DNA from: Promethearchaeota archaeon
Lineage (GTDB): Archaea > Asgardarchaeota > Lokiarchaeia > Sigyniarchaeales > SOKP01
Direction of reading: 5' to 3'
Assembly: GCA_008080735.1 (NCBI GenBank)
Contig: SHMW01000093.1
Coordinates: 1 to 15,525 of the forward strand
DNA length: 15,525 bases
Numbering within the stretch: position 1 is the first letter of the stretch; every line of letters starts with the position of its first letter. The translations under genes were made by a program, and so were the position numbers. This document shows, piece after piece, positions 9,458 through 15,525 of this stretch. The notes below the pieces were generated by a model. The model had not been told where the DNA came from and ran no database searches. It worked only from the letters and a program-made list of their open reading frames with translations.

Positions 9458-11527
9458 ATGTCGCGAGAAACAATTAGACAATTAGATTGGGGTGAGTTTA
9501 TTGGGAAGAGCGAGGAGGAGATCGACCAACAAGCCCAAAAGATTGTAGAATCAATGACTCTAAAAGAAAAAGCAGAGCAGATGGCGGGTGATAACTCATT
9601 ATTACACGCAATCGGGATGTTGATCCGTTACAATAAAAATCCTATTCCCGCAGGAGTAAATAAGGAGTTAGATATCCCCGGAGTCTTATTTGCAGATGGT
9701 CCTCGAGGGGTGGTTCTAAATAATTCAACTTGTTTTCCCGTGTCAATGGCAAGAGGGGCTACATGGGATATTGAATTAGAGGAGAAGATTGGGGAAATTA
9801 TTGGAATCGAAGCGAAATCTCAAGGCGCGAACTTTTTTGGGGGTGTATGTATTAATTTATTACGACATCCGGCGTGGGGAAGGGCACAAGAAACGTATGG
9901 CGAAGATTCCTATCATCTGGGTGAGATGGGTTCTGCTTTGGTGAGAGGGACGCAAAAGCATCTTATGGCATGTGCGAAACACTACGCATGCAATAGCATG
10001 GAAAACGCTCGATTCAAGGTAAGTGTGAACATCGATGAGAGAACGCTCAGAGAAGTATATTTAGCCCATTTTAAAAAATGTGTGGATGAGGGAGTCGCCT
10101 CAATCATGAACGCCTATAATAGAGTCAACGGTAAATATTGCGGACATAATCCACATTTATTACGGGAGATTCTCAAACAAGATTGGGATTTTCCGGGATT
10201 CGTTATTACAGATTTCGTATGGGGAATTCGAGAGGGGAAACAAGCAATTAAAGCGGGTGTCGACATTGAAATGCCATTTCATTGGAAAATGAAGAGCAAA
10301 AAGATAGTCAAATGGGTGGAGAATGGAGAAATTGACGAGGACATAATTAATGAAGCGGTTTTGCGTATTTTACGACAAAAGATGAAATTTGCTGGGATCC
10401 AGGACCCCGAAAAATATAATCCGGAGAACGTAGCTTCAGAAGAAAATACAAAGGTTGCCCTGGAGGCAGCTCAGAAAAGTATCGTCCTTCTGAAAAACGA
10501 AAATAACCTTTTACCATTAAAAAAAAACACATTAAACCAAATTGCGATTATAGGAAAGCTTGCCAAGATAGAAAATATCGGAGATAAGGGTAGTAGTCGA
10601 GTCTATCCACCATATGTTGTCACCCCTTATGAGGGCGTTAAACAAGAAGCTGGGGATGAATTAGAAATACTATACTCGAAGGGAGACAATATCGAAAAAG
10701 CTCGAAAAATAGCTTCTCAAGCAGATATCGCGGTGATTGTGGTGGGATACACCCATAAAGATGAGGGAGAATATGTCTATTCAAAAGGCGGAGATCGAGA
10801 TTCATTGCGATTAAGCTTGGAGGATGAGGAGCTCATTCAAGCCATAAGCGAGGTTAATATGAATTGTATTGTTGTTATGGAGGGTGGAAGTGCCATTATA
10901 ACAGAGGCATGGAGAGATAAAGTCTCCGTAATGTTGATGGCTTGGTATCCCGGTATGGAAGGTGGTACCGCTCTGGCTGACATTATTTTTGGAAATATCT
11001 CCCCATCCGCTAAGTTGCCCGTTGTATTTCCAAAATCTCAAGACCAATTACCGTTTTTCGATAAAGACGCGAACGAGATTGAGTATGGATATTATCATGG
11101 ATATAAACTTATGGACAAGAATGGATATGAGCCAGCGTTCCCCTTTGGATTCGGTTTGAGTTATTGCACATATACATATTCTAATTTGAAGGTGGAGCCA
11201 AACACAATTAAGAAGGGAGACTCAGTCAAGGTAAAGGTTGATGTGAAAAATGAGGGAGAATATGAAGGTTGGGAAATAGTGCAAGTCTACATAGGATATA
11301 GTAAGTCTGCTGTCGATCGTCCGATAAAGGAATTAAAAGGCTTTGGAAAGATAAAGTTATTTCCAAGTGAACAAAAAACTATTCAAATAGAGATCAATTC
11401 TAAAGAGTTGGGATATTATGATGTTAATAAAAAGACTTGGGTAATTGAAAAAATAACCTATGAACTCTTTGTTGGACCCTCTTCTGAAAAGGAAAAACTC
11501 TTAAAAACCACATTTAAGATAGAATAG
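9458..11527 (+). CDS. Glycoside hydrolase family 3 beta-glucosidase (BglX-like), cytoplasmic
   Basis: DGPRGV, WGRAQETYGED, CAKHYACN, FVITDF (nucleophile Asp), SIVLLKNE, WYPGMEGG, FPFGFGLSY and a C-terminal Fn3-like domain (KELKGF). No evident signal peptide. Confidence 0.96.
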   Translation: MSRETIRQLDWGEFIGKSEEEIDQQAQKIVESMTLKEKAEQMAGDNSLLHAIGMLIRYNKNPIPAGVNKELDIPGVLFADGPRGVVLNNSTCFPVSMARGATWDIELEEKIGEIIGIEAKSQGANFFGGVCINLLRHPAWGRAQETYGEDSYHLGEMGSALVRGTQKHLMACAKHYACNSMENARFKVSVNIDERTLREVYLAHFKKCVDEGVASIMNAYNRVNGKYCGHNPHLLREILKQDWDFPGFVITDFVWGIREGKQAIKAGVDIEMPFHWKMKSKKIVKWVENGEIDEDIINEAVLRILRQKMKFAGIQDPEKYNPENVASEENTKVALEAAQKSIVLLKNENNLLPLKKNTLNQIAIIGKLAKIENIGDKGSSRVYPPYVVTPYEGVKQEAGDELEILYSKGDNIEKARKIASQADIAVIVVGYTHKDEGEYVYSKGGDRDSLRLSLEDEELIQAISEVNMNCIVVMEGGSAIITEAWRDKVSVMLMAWYPGMEGGTALADIIFGNISPSAKLPVVFPKSQDQLPFFDKDANEIEYGYYHGYKLMDKNGYEPAFPFGFGLSYCTYTYSNLKVEPNTIKKGDSVKVKVDVKNEGEYEGWEIVQVYIGYSKSAVDRPIKELKGFGKIKLFPSEQKTIQIEINSKELGYYDVNKKTWVIEKITYELFVGPSSEKEKLLKTTFKIE

Positions 11528-11619
11528 AGATTCTCTTGTTAATAAAATTCTTTTATCTAATTCTATTAATTTTTTCCCACAAAGATTTTTTATTGCGCCT
11601 CTTTATATCTAATAAGGAA

Positions 11620-12534
11620 ATGACAGAGAAAGTAGAAATTTCTGGAGTTGAATTACATCTTTCCTCGCCTACCGAGGTTAATTTAGACTGGGTCGGAAAT
11701 GAAGATCTTATTAACCAAATGAAAGCGGCGTGGTTAGTCGTGGATGAAGATGACCTTCCCTTGACGCCGAGAATTCTCGGAAAACCTGGTGTTGGAAAAA
11801 CGACCTTAGCTTATGCGACAGGTAAAAAAATGAATAAGGAAGTATACATATTTCAATGTACAATGGATACGCGTCCCGAAGATCTCCTTATAAGCCCGGT
11901 AATCGCCTCAGATAAGTCAATTAAATATGTGGCCAGTTCCTTGGTCTCCGCCATGATTAAAGGGGGAGTATGTCTTTTAGACGAAGGTAATAGGATGAGC
12001 GAGAAAAGTTGGGCATCATTAGCACCTCTTATGGATAAACGGCGGTATGTGGAGAGTATTATAGCCGGAATAAGGATTTATGCCCATCCAGAGTTTCGGC
12101 TTTGTGTTACGATGAATAGCGACGCTAGCACGTATGAAGTTCCCGAATATATCCAGAGTCGTCTCCAGCCGAAGATTTTTGTTGATTTTCCGAATCGAAC
12201 CGATGAATTAAAGATCTTAAAATACAATCTCCCATTTAGTTCTGATGAAATCTTAGAATACTGTGTGGACTTTCTACAGAACGCACATAAGCATAACGAG
12301 TTCACAGTCAGAGATGGAATTAATATTTTGAAGATTTATATGAAATCTCGGGAATTAAACAAGAAAGATAAAGAGAAATTAGATAAGGAGGAGTTTCAAG
12401 ACGCCATTATCCAAATTCTGGACGAGCATGCGGTTAATTATTGTCCAGAGAACTATGAACAACTGCTAAAAGAACAACAAGAGACAATCAAAGATCTTTT
12501 TCAACGTAATAATTTTGATTCTGACCTATTTTAA
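11620..12534 (+). CDS. MoxR/CbbQ/GvpN-like AAA+ ATPase (AAA_5 type)
   Basis: Walker A GKPGVGKT, QCTMDTRPEDL, Walker B CLLDEGNR, HPEFRLCVTMN and arginine finger QSRL. I prefer the ATG at 11620 (preceded by aaggaa) over the TTG at 11536. Confidence 0.88.
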   Translation: MTEKVEISGVELHLSSPTEVNLDWVGNEDLINQMKAAWLVVDEDDLPLTPRILGKPGVGKTTLAYATGKKMNKEVYIFQCTMDTRPEDLLISPVIASDKSIKYVASSLVSAMIKGGVCLLDEGNRMSEKSWASLAPLMDKRRYVESIIAGIRIYAHPEFRLCVTMNSDASTYEVPEYIQSRLQPKIFVDFPNRTDELKILKYNLPFSSDEILEYCVDFLQNAHKHNEFTVRDGINILKIYMKSRELNKKDKEKLDKEEFQDAIIQILDEHAVNYCPENYEQLLKEQQETIKDLFQRNNFDSDLF

Positions 12535-12602
12535 TATTACTCAATATTACGGGATCATGTTCTAATCTTATTAGATCGTTATTCAAATTATATTCTTATC
12601 AG

Positions 12603-12630
12603 TTTGAGAGGTGCACGAAAACTTTTTATA
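12603..12630 (+). promoter_or_regulatory. tetR promoter: BRE CGAAAAC plus TATA TTTTTATA, with an overlapping degenerate operator TTTGAGAGGTGCACGAA
   Basis: Motifs read directly: 12616-12630 (BRE/TATA) and 12603-12619 (operator-like). SD GGAGGT at 12665-12670. Confidence 0.55.
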
Positions 12631-12681
12631 CCCAAAATAATATTATTATAATGGAGATAAGAGAGGAGGTTCTATTTTATA

Positions 12682-13254
12682 ATGAATGATGTGTCTGCGA
12701 AACGAAAAATAATTGATAAAGCAATAGAGCTTATTTCTGCGAAAGGATACCATAATTTAAGCACTCGAGAAATAGCTCGAAAAGCAGGAGTCAGTGATGG
12801 TACCCTATATTATCATTTTCCTAAGGGCAAGCTAAGTATTTTGATTAATCTTTCCGAGGAATTAATGAATGATTTAGATTATTATGAGATTATGGAGGAT
12901 GGGGTGGTAACTGAGGAGGAGGTTACACGATTTTTTATGAAAGATTTGGATTTAGCAAGGAAGATGAGAGAATTTATCATTGCAATGGAGATTGAACTTT
13001 TAGAAAAACCCGATTTTTATTTAAATTATTCGCAGAAATTTGCCTCAATTGATAGATTGGAGCCTTTTAAGAAAATAGTGGAAAAAATTGTTGGAAGAAA
13101 AATTAATACTCATACCCTTTCAAAAATCATGGCTATATGGAAAGCACTTTTGAGAAGGCATGTGATTTTCAGGAATCTATTTGGATCTGATCAGGAATTT
13201 ATGAATATGATGAAAAAAATTTTTCGTGCTGTTGCTAATAATGATGATTATTAG
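12682..13254 (+). CDS. TetR/AcrR family transcriptional regulator
   Basis: N-terminal HTH: IIDKAIELISAKGYHNLSTREIARKAGVSDGTLYYHFPKGK. Strong SD upstream. Confidence 0.95.
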   Translation: MNDVSAKRKIIDKAIELISAKGYHNLSTREIARKAGVSDGTLYYHFPKGKLSILINLSEELMNDLDYYEIMEDGVVTEEEVTRFFMKDLDLARKMREFIIAMEIELLEKPDFYLNYSQKFASIDRLEPFKKIVEKIVGRKINTHTLSKIMAIWKALLRRHVIFRNLFGSDQEFMNMMKKIFRAVANNDDY

Positions 13255-13305
13255 AGGGCTGTAATGTCTAAATAAAAAAGAAGAAAATGAAGTAAATCCT
13301 TATAA

Positions 13306-14073
13306 TTATGTAGGGACATAACCGCGATTCAAAATGACTAATAGATCCACATCAGATAATTTTTTCCTCTCCGCTAGTTTCCTAACTATTAATAAATAAA
13401 GTGATCGTATTAGAATAGCTGGGAAATGAAAAAATAATGTGAGCCATTCACAAAAAGTAATGGAAATGAAATTCAATATCTCTGGAACCAATTGTGAAAC
13501 AATTGAGATACTTGCGAAAAGACAATAGACTATCAGAATTGTTCCACACAATATTGAAAAGAGAAGCGATTTTTTGTTTTTTAATAGTGTCGATATAATA
13601 AGTATTGAGTAATACACAATTGAACCCATAAAATATAAAAACGCTGCTACGGAATGCATGAGAAGGTTTACTGGAAAGAGACCTGCAAGAATTCCTCCCA
13701 TTGAATATGAGATTAATCCAAACCAGATTGGAATAAGTAGGATCTTATTATTTTTTAAGTTCGAGGATTTATGAATTTCATATAAATGATAAAAAAAGAT
13801 AATGCTACCATATAATGGTAGACCAATCGCAAAACATAAATTCGCCCCATTAGGACCTATCCCTAAATCACTGATATAATGTGTGGAAATTGAATATGAA
13901 GAATCAGCAGAGAGATATAACAGAAATGCGATTAAGATTGACCCCCCACCCGAAAATACACCAAAAATACCAAAAAGGTATCCGGGACACTTCCTATAAA
14001 ATTTGATTAGATACTTATGAAAATCTTTTTCCAGATCTATCCGATAACTGACTTCAAAATACTGATCCATCAT
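13306..14073 (-). CDS. DUF998/Frag1-DRAM-Sfk1-like membrane protein
   Basis: About 6 TM segments, YISDLG motif, MHSVAAFLYF and CEWL. SD GGAGGTGA at 14090-14083. ATGA overlap with the upstream stop indicates translational coupling. Confidence 0.7.
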   Translation of the reverse strand: MMDQYFEVSYRIDLEKDFHKYLIKFYRKCPGYLFGIFGVFSGGGSILIAFLLYLSADSSYSISTHYISDLGIGPNGANLCFAIGLPLYGSIIFFYHLYEIHKSSNLKNNKILLIPIWFGLISYSMGGILAGLFPVNLLMHSVAAFLYFMGSIVYYSILIISTLLKNKKSLLFSILCGTILIVYCLFASISIVSQLVPEILNFISITFCEWLTLFFHFPAILIRSLYLLIVRKLAERKKLSDVDLLVILNRGYVPT

Positions 14074-15182
14074 ATTTCCACTTCACCTCCTTTGAATGGG
14101 ATTATACCCCACCTTTCATTATCAGGACTCCCTAATCCAAAATAAGTATTTGTGAGAAATGCTAATGTCATAGGTTTAAAGGGATTTTTGCGACAAATTA
14201 TTGAATTATCCCGCATTATACTCGATATATCTTCTTCTTGAACTTTTCCTAATTTTTGGGAGCTTAGTCTATTTAATCTATATTCTGCGTAATATTGTCT
14301 GAATTTTGAATAGGATTTGTCTAATAAAAATCTCTGAAATTTAAGTGAAACAAACGTGTTGGTTTTTGCAACACGACTATTTATATCTATTCTTTCAATT
14401 TTATCTGATAGTCCTTCTAACGCAATAATTTTATTTTGGTCGGAAATCAATAGGTTATACGATGCCGTACCACCAAATTTCTTCAGTAATGAGAAATATG
14501 ATTCTGCATCTTGACAATTTTCAAATGCCAACCGTGAAAGAATTGAAGAGGGCATTGAGATATTACCTGACATCAGGGTCTTAACAACACTAACTCTGAG
14601 ATTTAAGCCCCAATTATTTAGTCCAATAGGGAGGCTTAATAAAGAGCCTAATCTAAGAGAAAAGATTTCTGAAAGTCTTGGAGTGATTAAATGAACAAAT
14701 GACGCGGTTGGTCGAAATAGTACGGAAAAATCAAAATTTTGCCCCATTAATGGTTCTTTTTTACCAAAAATACCAAAAGAAGTACAACCAAATTCGAGTT
14801 GATTCAATATTAGAGGTTTAATCTTAATTTTGGGAATCAAATACCCATATAAGATATCTAAAAAACAGTTTTGTAAGAGGATATCATTATAGTTTATCCT
14901 TATAATAGTATCGGATATTCCGATCATTTCCATCTGTAAATATTTTGGAATATAGCGATGATAAAGTTTTGAAATTCTCAACAATCTATTGTATGTAATA
15001 CCATGTCTAAGATATCTAAGAGAAAATAGTTGTATGAGCCTTTTCATCGAGATAATTTGATCATAAAGATATTCTCCTAAGAGAAGACCCAGCCTGTAAT
15101 AATCGGGAGCAAAAATTTCCAAGTATTTCTGACCATTTGATGATCGCCATTTTGCGAACATTTCATCTTCAGAACTTGACAC
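14070..15182 (-). CDS. C45 family Ntn-hydrolase (acyl-CoA:6-APA acyltransferase/acid ceramidase-like, autoprocessing)
   Basis: FG|CTSFG (Cys133 nucleophile after self-cleavage), GQNFDF, GLNNWGL, YNLLISD and KTNTF. The start is uncertain (see the frameshift finding). Confidence 0.82.
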   Translation of the reverse strand: MSSSEDEMFAKWRSSNGQKYLEIFAPDYYRLGLLLGEYLYDQIISMKRLIQLFSLRYLRHGITYNRLLRISKLYHRYIPKYLQMEMIGISDTIIRINYNDILLQNCFLDILYGYLIPKIKIKPLILNQLEFGCTSFGIFGKKEPLMGQNFDFSVLFRPTASFVHLITPRLSEIFSLRLGSLLSLPIGLNNWGLNLRVSVVKTLMSGNISMPSSILSRLAFENCQDAESYFSLLKKFGGTASYNLLISDQNKIIALEGLSDKIERIDINSRVAKTNTFVSLKFQRFLLDKSYSKFRQYYAEYRLNRLSSQKLGKVQEEDISSIMRDNSIICRKNPFKPMTLAFLTNTYFGLGSPDNERWGIIPFKGGEVEI

Positions 15183-15263
15183 ATCTTCTTTAAAAGAACT
15201 GATTTGGATGCTACTGGGATATTTAACATGCTCGAATTTTTACACCTCAACTTTTTAATTTCT

Positions 15264-15280
15264 ATAGTGCAGTGCACTAT
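15264..15280. promoter_or_regulatory. Perfect 17-bp palindrome ATAGTGCA-G-TGCACTAT, putative TetR operator
   Basis: 8-bp perfect inverted arms with a 1-nt spacer, at the predicted TSS of the minus-strand promoter. Confidence 0.7.
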
Positions 15281-15300
15281 CATATTAGTATGAATCTCGA

Positions 15301-15315
15301 TATATAAAGCTTTCG
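15301..15315 (-). promoter_or_regulatory. Archaeal promoter of the C45-DUF998 operon: BRE CGAAAGC plus TATA TTTATATA
   Basis: The minus strand reads CGAAAGCTTTATATA, a canonical BRE-TATA arrangement. Confidence 0.65.
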
Positions 15316-15327
15316 ATCACTGCTCGA
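15313..15327. promoter_or_regulatory. Second operator-like palindrome TCGATCA-C-TGCTCGA overlapping the BRE
   Basis: 7-bp arms with one mismatch. Shares the GWGCA-S-TGCWC core with the 15264-15280 site. Confidence 0.55.
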
Positions 15328-15525
15328 GAGAAGAAAAGTTGAACTTATCTTTTAAAAAAGCTATTCTATTTTAATATCAAATTTTAACGTTATGAAAATA
15401 AGTTATTTTAAATTATTTTATGATAATATTTATCATTTTTAATTAAAAATAAATTAAAATAAAAGAAATCAATTAAACCAGAAAAAGCATTCATACTGAT
15501 AATGATATTACTTAATTACAGAATA

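Noticed and set aside
11536-11619. Hydrophobic, signal-peptide-like N-terminal extension of the MoxR ORF from TTG 11536
   Set aside because: It is translated T-rich terminator/promoter DNA. The ATG at 11620 is the more plausible start for a cytosolic ATPase.
10347-12305. ORFs 10347-10532, 10811-11047, 10962-11159 and 12078-12305
   Set aside because: Shadow ORFs inside the GH3 and MoxR genes.
12533-12647. AATATTAC direct repeat, TCTAAT-N3-ATTAGA and AATAATATTATT palindromes upstream of tetR
   Set aside because: Short, nearly all A/T, and not repeated at the C45 promoter, so weaker operator candidates than the GWGCA-S-TGCWC motif.
15330-15525. Very AT-rich terminal stretch as a possible replication origin or CRISPR leader
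   Set aside because: No ORB boxes, repeats, cdc6/orc1 or cas genes are visible, and the window ends before the context can be judged.

Overview
Gene-dense, AT-rich archaeal window, most likely from an Asgard archaeon (Lokiarchaeia-like). This is inferred from an unprenylated Rab-like GTPase, a longin-like domain fusion, an archaeal PSTK, an archaeal CDC48 and BRE/TATA promoters. It holds 14 credible CDSs, in order: GIY-YIG nuclease, PSTK/Kti12-type kinase, ~7TM plus longin-like fusion protein, CDC48 with a C-terminal HbYX motif, atypical M24 (pita-bread) enzyme, class I aminotransferase, Rab-like GTPase, V4R/H-NOX-like (Bet3-fold) protein, PPC/DUF296 protein, GH3 beta-glucosidase, MoxR-type AAA+ ATPase, TetR regulator, DUF998-like membrane protein and C45 Ntn-hydrolase. 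Main leads: (i) an adjacent V4R/Bet3-fold and Rab-like GTPase gene pair, plus a separate 7TM-longin protein, as candidate ancestral sensor/GEF-GTPase signalling parts; (ii) a self-contained TetR module with three related palindromic operators on two similar BRE/TATA promoters; (iii) a candidate -1 frameshift (U_UUA_AAG) joining a Shine-Dalgarno-led upstream ORF to the C45 hydrolase; (iv) an M24 enzyme lacking canonical catalytic residues. I recognised no rRNA, tRNA, CRISPR array or transposase. All family calls come from motif recognition by eye, not database searches.
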